Assembly (NCBI GenBank): GCA_026391675.1
Contig: JAPLDQ010000036.1
Coordinates: 100,522 to 164,521 of the forward strand
Direction of reading: 5' to 3'
DNA from: Bacteroidota bacterium
GTDB taxonomy: Bacteria; Bacteroidota; Bacteroidia; Bacteroidales; JACABE01
DNA: 64,000 nucleotides
Each line of letters starts with the position of its first letter. Position 1 is the stretch's first letter. Shown here piece after piece: positions 28,877 to 38,900 of the stretch. Under the pieces are notes generated by a model that did not search any database, was not told the origin of the DNA, and was given only the letters and a program-made list of their open reading frames with translations. Position numbers and translations under genes: made by a program.

Positions 28877-30165
28877 CTGATTATGGTATTTTCGTTAATC
28901 CAACAGCCAACTTTATAGGTATTCCCTTTTTTTAATCCGTAAAAAAATAAGGTTTCTTTACTGGGAAAAGCTCTGGAATAAGTTGCAATTCTTGACTTTG
29001 CTAATTGCTGTATTTTAGGATTTAAATCCATTTTTTTAGCTAAAGTATACTTATCAACAGCAGCCCAATATATAGCTTTAGAACTTAACTCGTTTTCATT
29101 ACAAAATTTAGCAGATTTTACATATAAATCGCCAATTATTATATAGGCTAATCCATTATCTGGTTTAACATCTAAAATCTTATTCGCATAAGTTCTTGCA
29201 TTGGAGTAATCGTTTAATTTTTCGTAAAGCGTTGTTAAAGATAACAATGTTTTTACTTCATTTTCTTTATTTACTGCTTTTTTCTGTGCAGCATTAAAAT
29301 ATTCAATAGCTTTAGCATATTGTTTTTTTGAATTAAACAAAAGACCCATAAAATAGGATGTTTCGAAAGATGTATCAGATTTTATCAGATTTTCAGCGAC
29401 TTTATTAAACAATGAATCATCATTGCATTTTTTCCTTTCAAGAAATGTAATGATTTTTTTTAGTAAATTAATGTTATCAGCATTTTGATTTAATTTCCCG
29501 CTATAAAATTTTATTCCTGCTTTACATGGTAAAAAATCTTCAAAAACGCTGTCGATTTTCTCAAGTAATGCGTTGTATTTCCCTTTGGGTTTCTCTCTTT
29601 TTGCTATTAAATCCTGAATTAAAGTATAATTTTCAAATAGTAATGACGTATCAGCTTTTTTACTTTTTACCAACTCAACCGTAGAAATAAAAAACATATA
29701 TAGCTGCTGTTCATCAATAATTGTATCATTTATTTCAATAGATTTTTTAAAAAGTGAATAAATCTGATGTTTTTCTTCAGGACGGTATTTTAACAAATCC
29801 AGGGCTTTTCTCCCGGTATTTTGCCCTTCTTTCCCGAAATAAGCTATTCTTTTCTCCCAGCTGTTTAATAAAGTATCAATCAGATTCTCCTTTTTAGCTA
29901 AGTCTTTTTCATTCTTAACAGCAAATTTTAACAGCACATTTCCTCTGATGAAAGTGTTTTCGCTTGCTCCGGGACAGTAATGATACACATCATACCAAAA
30001 TGGTAAGGCTTCTTTATATTTTTTTTGTTTGTAAAAATCTGAATAAATGGCAATATTGGTAATACAGTTGATACTGTCACCCGATGTTTTACCATATTTC
30101 TGAGCTGAAACGCTTATACTAATGAAGATTGCTATTGCCAGTAATAAGAAATCCTTTGTTTTCAT
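28873..30165 (-). CDS. tetratricopeptide-repeat protein
   Basis: Signal peptide and several TPR-like helices (e.g. YAKAIEYFNAAQK, YSNARTYANKILDVKPDN). Its stop overlaps the downstream start by 4 nt. Confidence 0.7.
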   Translation of the reverse strand: MKTKDFLLLAIAIFISISVSAQKYGKTSGDSINCITNIAIYSDFYKQKKYKEALPFWYDVYHYCPGASENTFIRGNVLLKFAVKNEKDLAKKENLIDTLLNSWEKRIAYFGKEGQNTGRKALDLLKYRPEEKHQIYSLFKKSIEINDTIIDEQQLYMFFISTVELVKSKKADTSLLFENYTLIQDLIAKREKPKGKYNALLEKIDSVFEDFLPCKAGIKFYSGKLNQNADNINLLKKIITFLERKKCNDDSLFNKVAENLIKSDTSFETSYFMGLLFNSKKQYAKAIEYFNAAQKKAVNKENEVKTLLSLTTLYEKLNDYSNARTYANKILDVKPDNGLAYIIIGDLYVKSAKFCNENELSSKAIYWAAVDKYTLAKKMDLNPKIQQLAKSRIATYSRAFPSKETLFFYGLKKGNTYKVGCWINENTIIR

Positions 30166-30253
30166 CGACAGTCAATCCATTTTATTTAAATAAACGAAAA
30201 ACTTAAAGTTCAGCCACTCCATTTAGGATTTCCAAAAAACAGATTTGTTTATA

Positions 30254-31552
30254 TTAATCGTATTTTCTTTTGAAAAACCAGAAATCGTAAGCAGAAAATC
30301 CAATGGTAATTTTAGTAAAGTTTTCTTTGATTAAACTATTATCGGTGGTCCCTCTATTACCGTATTCTACTCCAAGATTTATTGTTGATTTGCTTTTTCT
30401 CAGCGGTAATCCTAAACCAAAACTTACGGCAAACTCATTAATTTGAGTGCCATTAATTTTTAAATTTACATTTGTATAATGGAATCCGGCCCTGTAAGAA
30501 ATCCTTTTAAAATATTTTGATGAATAATTGTCTGGTTTGATTTCGCCGCCAACAGAAATCCTCATACTATTGCTTAATTCAGGTTCTGATACGCCATTAT
30601 TGGTAAAATTAGCCCAGTTTTGTAAATTTAAATCAGCACCCAATAACCATTTATTATTCTTTTCAACTGATAAACCAATACCTAAATTTAGTGGAATATG
30701 AATAGTACCTGAAACATCTGTCTGAGTTGAATTGGTAACAGTATCATGCACATATTCTGTCCCTGTATAAGTTTCAGAGAAACTGTATGCATATTGATCA
30801 CTGGTCGTACTAGCATTCATAGCATTACTAAAAGTTAACCCGGCACCTAAAGTATAGTCTTTACCCATTCCCTTAAAATATTGGAGACCAAAATTAAAGT
30901 TAAAGGCACCATAGTTAGTTGATCTAAAATCTTTAGTATTATATGTGAATGCAGAATCAGGGAAATAGACTTTTTGAGTCCTGTCAATACCACCAAATAA
31001 ATAAGAAATATTAATCCCCAGTGATAAATTCTTATTGATTCTAAAAGCCTGACCAATAAAAAATTGATTGATACCACCGTCTCCTTCAAAAGTTGATTTT
31101 ACATTACCAAAATGTGCTAGATTCTGATATTCTGTAATATTATAACCTACACTGCTGTATGGTAATAAGCCAAAGCTTCCTTTCCACCATCTGTTGATTG
31201 GAAATCCGAAGCACATATATGCCAATGAAGTATAGTTGGATTTTTGGGAAAGAGAAACAGGAAAACTTGTTTCGGATGTAACAAAGTTACTTGTTAATCC
31301 ACCTTCAAATACAAAAGATAAAGAATCAAAGCTCATATATGAAGCAGGGTTCAGCACATTAACAGATGTGGAATTTCTTTCGGCATAGCCAAGGCCGCCC
31401 ATAGCAGTGTAACGACTGTTGCTATATTGCTGTAATTCACCCAATCCATAACGGGAATACGGAGAGTGAATTCTGTTCTGAGCATTTAGACTCAGGATTG
31501 ATATTCCAACAACCACAAGGGTTAAAAGTAATTTTCGCTTAGTTTTTAGCAT
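30254..31552 (-). CDS. outer-membrane beta-barrel protein (FadL/PorV-like), function unknown
   Basis: Signal peptide, SPYSRYGLGEL N-terminal motif, alternating beta pattern and an aromatic C-terminus. Confidence 0.55.
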   Translation of the reverse strand: MLKTKRKLLLTLVVVGISILSLNAQNRIHSPYSRYGLGELQQYSNSRYTAMGGLGYAERNSTSVNVLNPASYMSFDSLSFVFEGGLTSNFVTSETSFPVSLSQKSNYTSLAYMCFGFPINRWWKGSFGLLPYSSVGYNITEYQNLAHFGNVKSTFEGDGGINQFFIGQAFRINKNLSLGINISYLFGGIDRTQKVYFPDSAFTYNTKDFRSTNYGAFNFNFGLQYFKGMGKDYTLGAGLTFSNAMNASTTSDQYAYSFSETYTGTEYVHDTVTNSTQTDVSGTIHIPLNLGIGLSVEKNNKWLLGADLNLQNWANFTNNGVSEPELSNSMRISVGGEIKPDNYSSKYFKRISYRAGFHYTNVNLKINGTQINEFAVSFGLGLPLRKSKSTINLGVEYGNRGTTDNSLIKENFTKITIGFSAYDFWFFKRKYD

Positions 31553-32264
31553 TAAAATCGAGTATTATGTTTAGTCCAATTAATACAATATTTGAAACTG
31601 CAAAGATGCTATTTTTTAAGGAGTTGGCAAAATATTTCATGTCACCTCCACTTAATATTATTTGTAAATTTTTATAATCAGCTGTATATTTAGATGTTAC
31701 ACCATCAACTTCGCAATAAACCCCATTCATCACACCGGATAAAATTGATTTTTCAGTTGTATTTCCAATGACGGCTGTTTTTATTTTTTTTTCTATTAAC
31801 GGAAGTTTATCCGTAAAATTATGCAATGATTTAAATCTTATACCTATACCCGGTGAAATAGCTCCACCTAAATATTCATTTTTATTATTTACAAATTCAT
31901 AGGTTATACAAGTGCCGGCAATAATAACCAATACATTTTGATCAGGGAAAAGGTGATTAGCTGCCACAGCTGCTGCCAATCTGTCATTCCCCAGTGTTTC
32001 AGGACTTGCATATTTGTTTATAAGCGGGATATTTGTAGTGGAATTGAATTCAATAAAATTAAAATTATGTTGCAAAAATATTTTTATTTCTTCAGGATAA
32101 TTAATTACAGAAGAAAGTATAGCTGACTTAATTGGGAAATTGGCAATAATTTCATGCAATTTTCTTAATGTAATTTTTTTGAAGGCATACATTTCAATCA
32201 TCTTATCACCTTCAAAAATGGCCATTTTTTGCAATGTGTTCCCAAAGTCTAATACCAACTTCAT
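31539..32264 (-). CDS. coaX: type III pantothenate kinase
   Basis: MKLVLDFGNT phosphate-1 motif and GNDRLAA motif. ATG at 32264 (track start is TTG 32294). The 3' end overlaps the next gene by 14 nt. Confidence 0.85.
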   Translation of the reverse strand: MKLVLDFGNTLQKMAIFEGDKMIEMYAFKKITLRKLHEIIANFPIKSAILSSVINYPEEIKIFLQHNFNFIEFNSTTNIPLINKYASPETLGNDRLAAAVAANHLFPDQNVLVIIAGTCITYEFVNNKNEYLGGAISPGIGIRFKSLHNFTDKLPLIEKKIKTAVIGNTTEKSILSGVMNGVYCEVDGVTSKYTADYKNLQIILSGGDMKYFANSLKNSIFAVSNIVLIGLNIILDFNAKN

Positions 32265-32460
32265 ACTAAAATTTTGAATGGCAAAGTTAATCAAAATTAA
32301 TAAATTAGCGCTATTTGCATGAATGTTAAAAATCTATAAATAAAATTTGTTTTTATTTATACAGCAAGATTAATACAATTAAATTGTCAAAGTTGAGTTA
32401 GTTTTGTTTTATATTAAAAACTTATAATATGTAAGCTTTTTTAAATAAATCTAAATCTTT

Positions 32461-32468
32461 TATTTTTG
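32461..32468 (+). promoter_or_regulatory. Bacteroidota -7 box for the TBDR at 32502
   Basis: TATTTTTG, 33 nt upstream of the ATG. Confidence 0.45.
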
Positions 32469-32501
32469 CAAAATACACATTCGGTTAATTCCTGAAATTT
32501 T

Positions 32502-34865
32502 ATGTTCAAGATCAAAATATTTATTATTACTTTTATAATTCTTATAACCTCATTGCATTCATATACAATGGCTTATACCACCATTGATCCTAACATAAAA
32601 AACCTTACAATCAGTGGAAATATCAAAGATGCCAAAAACGGGGAGCAGTTAATCGGGGCTACTGTATTTATAAAAGAAACCAAATCAGGTGCAACGAGTA
32701 ATATGTATGGTTTTTATTCATTAAGCATTCCGGAAGGAACTTATACATTGGTATATTCTTTTATGGGGTATGAGAATGTTGAAAAGAAAATCCAGTTAAA
32801 AGAAAATATTACCATAAATATTGAACTAACGTTAAAGCATAAAGACCTTAAAGAGATTGTAATTACAGATAAACGCAACAATGACAATGTAACCAAAAAT
32901 GAAATGGGTGTTGTTCATATGGATTCAAAGACCATACGGAAGATTCCCGCATTTATGGGCGAAATTGACATTATTAAAGCCTTACAACTTACACCCGGCA
33001 TACAAACCACAAGCGAAGGATCATCAGGATTCAGCGTCAGAGGCGGAAGTCCTGACCAGAATCTGATATTACTGGATGAAGCAACGGTATATAATGTATC
33101 CCATTTATTGGGATTCTTTTCAGTCTTCAATAATGATGTAATTAAAGATGTAAATTTATACAAGGGCGATATCCCTATGAATTACGGTGGAAGATTGTCT
33201 TCGGTACTGGATGTAAGGATGAACGACGGAAACCAGAAACATTTTTCAGCTACAGGAGGGATTGGAACAATTTCAAGCAGATTAACACTTGAAGGTCCTA
33301 TAATTAAAAATAAGACTTCTTTTATTTTATCCGGAAGAAGAACTTATTTTGATATATTTTTACCCCTTTCGCCAAATGCAAATGTTAGAAATAACGATTT
33401 ATATTTTTATGATCTGAACGCTAAAATTGTGCATGAAATTAATGAAAATAACCGTATTTATCTGTCAGGTTATCTTGGCAGAGATGTTTTTAATAATGAA
33501 TTTTCAAGATTATCATCAGGAAACCAAACTTTTACCATGAGATGGAATCATTTGTTTTCAAAAAAAATGTTTTCAAACTTTATGTTTGTTTATAGTAAAT
33601 ACGATTATTATTTAGGAACAGCAGCAGGAGAGCCTACTTCGTTTGACTGGAACTCTAAAATGCAGGATTATGGATTAAAAACTGATTTTACCTTTTATTC
33701 CAATCCTAAAAATACAATTAAATTTGGTATCAGCAGCACATATCACATATTTAACCCAGGCGTAATAAGCGGTACCGGAGCACAAAGCTTTCTTAACGGA
33801 TTTGTAGTTCCTTCTTCTAATGCATTGGAAAATGGATTGTATATAGGTAACGATCAAAAACTGAGTGAAAAAATTGGTGTAAAATATGGTTTGCGGTTTT
33901 CAACGTTTCATAATATCGGGCCGGCAACAGTATATCATTATAACAATCTGTTTGAAACTGTTGATTCTTCTGTATATCAGGCCGGAGATATTTATAAATC
34001 CTTTTACGGGCTTGAACCAAGATTGGGTATCAATTATAAATTAAATGAAAAATCCTCAATCAAGGCAAATTATTCCCGTACTTTCCAATACGTACAGCTG
34101 GCGCAAAACTCAACATCAGGAACACCACTGGATATTTGGTTTCCGGCAAGTCCGAATGTAAACCCACAACTTTGCGATCAGATAGCTTTAGGGTATTTCA
34201 GGAATTTCTTCAATAATTTTATTGAAACAACTTTTGAAGTATATTATAAGAAAATGGATAATTCCATCGATTTTAAAGATCATGCTCAATTGCTGCTGAA
34301 CAAAAAAATTGAAGGAGAATTGCGTTTCGGGAGTTCTCAGTCGAGAGGTTTTGAATGCATGATAAAACTGCCCGAAGGAAGGTTAAATGGATGGATCAGC
34401 TATACATTCTCTAGAACTGACAGGAGTTTTCCGGATATTAACAATGGAAACACCTATTTAGCCTATTATGATAAACCCCATAATCTGGCAATAGTATTTA
34501 ATTATGAAATCAGCGAACGGACTTCTTTTTCAGCCAACTGGATTTATTATTCAGGAGCTCCGGTTACATTTCCAACAGGCAGAGCTGAAATCGGAGGTAA
34601 GGTTGTTCCGATTTATTCTGACAGAAATGCCTACCGTATGCCCGATTATCACCGGCTTGATTTATCCTTAACCATCAAAAATAAACAAAAGCCCAACAAA
34701 AAGTGGAGTTCCGAATGGAATTTTACTTTGTACAATGCCTATGGAAGAAAAAATGCATGGAGCATAAATTTCAGGCAGGATAAGGTAAACCCTGATTTAA
34801 CCTATGCAGAAATGACCTATCTTTTTACCTTCGTTCCTTCAATAACTTATAATTTTAAATTTTAA
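32502..34865 (+). CDS. TonB-dependent outer-membrane receptor with CarboxypepD_reg N-terminal domain
   Basis: ISGNIKDAKNGEQLIGATVFI (CarboxypepD_reg-like), plug segment (GGSPDQNLILLDEATVYN), and a barrel ending ...YNFKF. Confidence 0.85.
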   Translation: MFKIKIFIITFIILITSLHSYTMAYTTIDPNIKNLTISGNIKDAKNGEQLIGATVFIKETKSGATSNMYGFYSLSIPEGTYTLVYSFMGYENVEKKIQLKENITINIELTLKHKDLKEIVITDKRNNDNVTKNEMGVVHMDSKTIRKIPAFMGEIDIIKALQLTPGIQTTSEGSSGFSVRGGSPDQNLILLDEATVYNVSHLLGFFSVFNNDVIKDVNLYKGDIPMNYGGRLSSVLDVRMNDGNQKHFSATGGIGTISSRLTLEGPIIKNKTSFILSGRRTYFDIFLPLSPNANVRNNDLYFYDLNAKIVHEINENNRIYLSGYLGRDVFNNEFSRLSSGNQTFTMRWNHLFSKKMFSNFMFVYSKYDYYLGTAAGEPTSFDWNSKMQDYGLKTDFTFYSNPKNTIKFGISSTYHIFNPGVISGTGAQSFLNGFVVPSSNALENGLYIGNDQKLSEKIGVKYGLRFSTFHNIGPATVYHYNNLFETVDSSVYQAGDIYKSFYGLEPRLGINYKLNEKSSIKANYSRTFQYVQLAQNSTSGTPLDIWFPASPNVNPQLCDQIALGYFRNFFNNFIETTFEVYYKKMDNSIDFKDHAQLLLNKKIEGELRFGSSQSRGFECMIKLPEGRLNGWISYTFSRTDRSFPDINNGNTYLAYYDKPHNLAIVFNYEISERTSFSANWIYYSGAPVTFPTGRAEIGGKVVPIYSDRNAYRMPDYHRLDLSLTIKNKQKPNKKWSSEWNFTLYNAYGRKNAWSINFRQDKVNPDLTYAEMTYLFTFVPSITYNFKF

Positions 34866-34868
34866 GCC

Positions 34869-35714
34869 ATGAAGTATAGTAAATTTTTAATCATAATGGG
34901 TATAATCGCTGTATTTTACAGCTGCACCGAAAATATTGATATAAAACTGGATAGCACTTATACCAGATTGGTTGTAGAAGCAAGATTTTCAACCGATACT
35001 ACTGCACATAAAGTTACACTTACCAAAACTTCCAGCTATTTTTACAATATGCCGGCACCAACAGTTTCCGGAGCTATTGTAACCATTGATGATGGTGTTA
35101 ATACTTTTCTGTTAAACGAAAATCCATTGCATCCCGGTGTTTATGAAACGACATCCAATGTTTATGGAGTAGTCGGGAAAACCTATCATTTACTGATAAA
35201 AAATGTGGATATCAATAACGATGGAGCATTGGAGGAATATTCATCCACTTCAACCATTTATCCTGTCAATAAAATTGATTCTATTGTACCACATTATAAA
35301 CCTGAGCGGCCTAAAGGTTATGAAATAAAATTATATGTTTTGGATCCGCCAACTGAAGATTTTTATCTTTTTAATGTCTACAAAAACAGCAAATTGTTAA
35401 CGGATACCATCACCGAACCAATGGTAGTTGATGACAGACTTTATAACGGCAATTATACCAATGGAATAGCCGTAGGATATCTTAGAGACAATAAACAGGA
35501 CGAAATAGCACATGCCGGCGATACTGTTCAGTTGGAAATATGGCGAATTACAAAAGATTTTTACAACTTTATGTTTGAACTCAGAGATGCCACCCGCTCA
35601 TCAAATCCGCTGTTTAGCGGCCCTCCTGCCAATGTTAAAGGAAATATCAGCAATGGTGCTGTGGGTTATTTTGCGACCTATTCAATTTCGAGGGCAAAGA
35701 GTGTGATTAAATAA
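34869..35714 (+). CDS. DUF4249-like lipoprotein, partner of the upstream TonB-dependent receptor
   Basis: Lipobox VFYSC and 281 aa, starting 4 nt after the receptor stop. This is the usual TBDR-DUF4249 arrangement in Bacteroidota. Confidence 0.6.
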   Translation: MKYSKFLIIMGIIAVFYSCTENIDIKLDSTYTRLVVEARFSTDTTAHKVTLTKTSSYFYNMPAPTVSGAIVTIDDGVNTFLLNENPLHPGVYETTSNVYGVVGKTYHLLIKNVDINNDGALEEYSSTSTIYPVNKIDSIVPHYKPERPKGYEIKLYVLDPPTEDFYLFNVYKNSKLLTDTITEPMVVDDRLYNGNYTNGIAVGYLRDNKQDEIAHAGDTVQLEIWRITKDFYNFMFELRDATRSSNPLFSGPPANVKGNISNGAVGYFATYSISRAKSVIK

Positions 35715-35733
35715 AAAACATTTTAAAGTATTT

Positions 35734-35769
35734 AACCCTGCATGATTTTAAAATCCTGCAGGGTTTTTT
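35734..35769 (+). terminator. rho-independent terminator of the TBDR-DUF4249 operon
   Basis: AACCCTGCA-(14 nt, itself partly self-complementary)-TGCAGGGTT followed by TTTT. Lies 20 nt after the stop. Confidence 0.75.
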
Positions 35770-35848
35770 ATAGATTGGTAGAAATAATTTCCTACTTATT
35801 TTTATTAAAATTTTCTTTTGTTTTCGCTCTTTTTGCGGGAATATTAAG

Positions 35849-35856
35849 TACGTTTG
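35849..35856 (+). promoter_or_regulatory. Bacteroidota -7 box for the A2M-pbpC operon
   Basis: TACGTTTG, 81 nt upstream of ATG 35938. Confidence 0.35.
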
Positions 35857-35937
35857 TAAATATTTTTAAACAAATATAACAATTTGATAATAATACACGT
35901 TAGCTGATAGTTTCAACCTTAATCCACAACCAATTTT

Positions 35938-38900
35938 ATGAAAAAAAGAACCATTCAGATTGCTGCTACAGTAATTACTGTGGTCGTATTTGCCTTTGTA
36001 GTTTATAAAATAGCTACGCAAAAGCATCATTTTAAAAGAGTTAACCCTGCATTTAAAGAATATGTGCAGGCATTTACTTCAGGTGTGGTATCTACCCATA
36101 CCACTGTTAAAATCAGACTAACTAACGATTATGCTGATTCATCATTATTCGGAATGCCAATTTCCGAAAAACTCTTCAGTTTTAAACCTGCCATACAGGG
36201 AAAAGCCACATGGATTGACAGCCGTACCATTGAGTTTCGTCCGGAATCCAAATTACCACCCAAAAAGTTTTATGAAGCTGAATTTTATTTATCAAAACTG
36301 ATAAAAGTTCCTGATTCAATTAAAACACTTGAGTTTCAATTTCAAACCATGCAGCAGGATTATGAAATTACCGTCGAAAATCATAAAGCCTATAATAAAG
36401 CTGTGCTTAGCTGTGAAAAATTATATGGGACGCTTCATACAGCTGATATAGCTGAAGATGTACAGATAGAAAAAGTTTTAACAGCAGTGCAGGATAATAA
36501 ACAATTAAAAGTAAGCTGGGTACATGATGCACAGAAGAAAGTTCATTATTTTCAGGTGGATTCCATCAAACGTGGCAATAAAAAATCCTTTGTAACGCTT
36601 ACCTATAAAGGCAAACCCATTGAAGCTAAAACCAAAGGTGAAAAAGCCATAGAAATTCCTGCTTTAGGAGATTTTAAATTATTAAATGTAAGATTAGTAC
36701 AGGGAACTGAGCAATATATATTAGCACAGTTTTCTGATCCCCTGCTCGAAAATCAGAATCTGGAAGGATTGATAAAACTGGCAAAATCCATGGATCTGCG
36801 CTATGCAATTGAAGATAACGAATTGCGGATATATCCGCCAATTAAAAAAACCGGTGAAGCCACATTAAGTATTGAATCTACGGTAAGAAATATTAATGGT
36901 GATAATCTTGGTATTTCAGTAAACGAAGACATCACTTTTGAAGATACCAAACCCAATATCCGTTTTATCGGAAATGGCGTAATTATGCCTTCTTCCAACG
37001 GATTGATGCTGCCTTTTGAAGCAGTAAATCTGAAAGCTGTTGACATAAAAATTACTAAAATTTATGAAAATAATATCGTTCAGTTCCTTCAGGTGAATGA
37101 TTTAAGCGGTCAGCGCGAACTGGCAAGGGTTGGAAAAACAGTATTAAAGAAAACCATACCGCTAAACAATGTAACTGATTATGGTAAATGGAACAGATTT
37201 TCTATCGATTTATCTCATTTAATCAAAACTGAGCCCGGTGCAATTTATACTGTCCGCCTGAGTTTCAAGAAAGATTATTCTTCCTATCCATGCGAAGGGG
37301 TAAGTGATATTAAACAGGAAGTCGACCTTGTTACCTGGAACGATGACAACGAACGTGAAGACGGCTGGTATTACGAAAATGAATACTATGACGATTATTA
37401 CGATGAAGATGGATATTATTACTACAACTGGGATGAACGCGAAGATCCCTGCAAGAAATCATATTATAACGATAAGGCCATCACACGTAATGTATTGGCT
37501 TCTGACTTAGGAATTATTGCAAAGGCAGGAAATTCAGGTAATATAAATGTTTATGTTACCAATCTGGTTGACACCAAGCCTGTATCAAACGTAAGTATTG
37601 AATTTTATGATTATCAGCAGCAATTGTTGGGTACAGTAAAAACCAATGATGACGGAATGGCTGAAATCAAGCTGAAAAGACGTCCCTTTGTACTGATAGC
37701 AAAGAAAGATGAACAACGTGCCTACCTGAAAATGATAGAAGGCTCTTCACTTTCGTTAAGTATGTTTGATGTAAGCGGCGAAGCTGTTCAAAAAGGATTA
37801 AAAGGATTTATATATGGCGAACGGGGTGTATGGCGTCCGGGAGATTCATTATATCTTACTTTTATACTGGAAGATAAAGAAAAACGTTTGCCCGAAAATC
37901 ATCCGGTAAGTTTTGATTTGGTAAATCCCAACGGACAGGTTGTAAGAAGGATGATAAGAACTGCAAGTGTAAACGGATTTTACGATTTCAGAACAGCAAC
38001 TGAACGCAATGCTCCTACCGGAAACTGGCAGGCAAAAATAAAAGTTGGTGGTGTTGAATTTCAAAAAAACCTGAAAATAGAAACGGTTAAACCCAATCGT
38101 TTGAAAATTAATTTTGGTTTCGGAAAAGAATACATTGCCAAAAACGATAAAACAAAAGGTATGCTTGAAGCACACTGGCTTACCGGTGCTACAGCCCGTA
38201 ATCTGAAAGCTACAGTTAATTTAACACTTACAAAAACATCAACCGTTTTTAAAAAATATCCTAATTATATTTTCGATAACCCCACATCAGGATTTTCATC
38301 TGAAAATATTACAATATTTAACGGAAATCTTGATGAAACAGGAAAAGCAACTGTAAATCCGGATATTAACATTAGTACAGCAGCTCCAGGCATGTTAAAA
38401 GCTAATTTTGAAACAACCGTTTTCGAAGCCGGTGGCGATTTCAGCGTTGACAGGTTTACATTACCTTATTATCCCTATCAGAGTTATGCTGGTGTAAGTG
38501 TTCCGCAAAATCCGAATAACGACCGCATGCTTTATACCGATAAAGCATACAGCATCAATTTATTGAATCTGGATTTCAATGGAAACATTGTTCCTTCCAA
38601 TAAATTAAAGGTTGAATTGTATAAAATTGAATGGCGCTGGTGGTGGGATAATTCTGAGTCAGGTTCACAGGCTGATTTTATTTCAACTTCCTATAGTCAG
38701 CTTAGAGATACTGCAACAATTGCAACCACAGGTGGAAGAGCAACATATAAACTTAATGTGCCACGCGATAACTGGGGCCGCTATTTAATTAAAGTTACCG
38801 ATCAGAAATCAGGCCACAGTTGCGGCAAGGTGGTTTATATTGATTGGTATGGTTATACACGCACTCCGAACGGTGAAAAACAGGCAGCAACCATGCTTAC

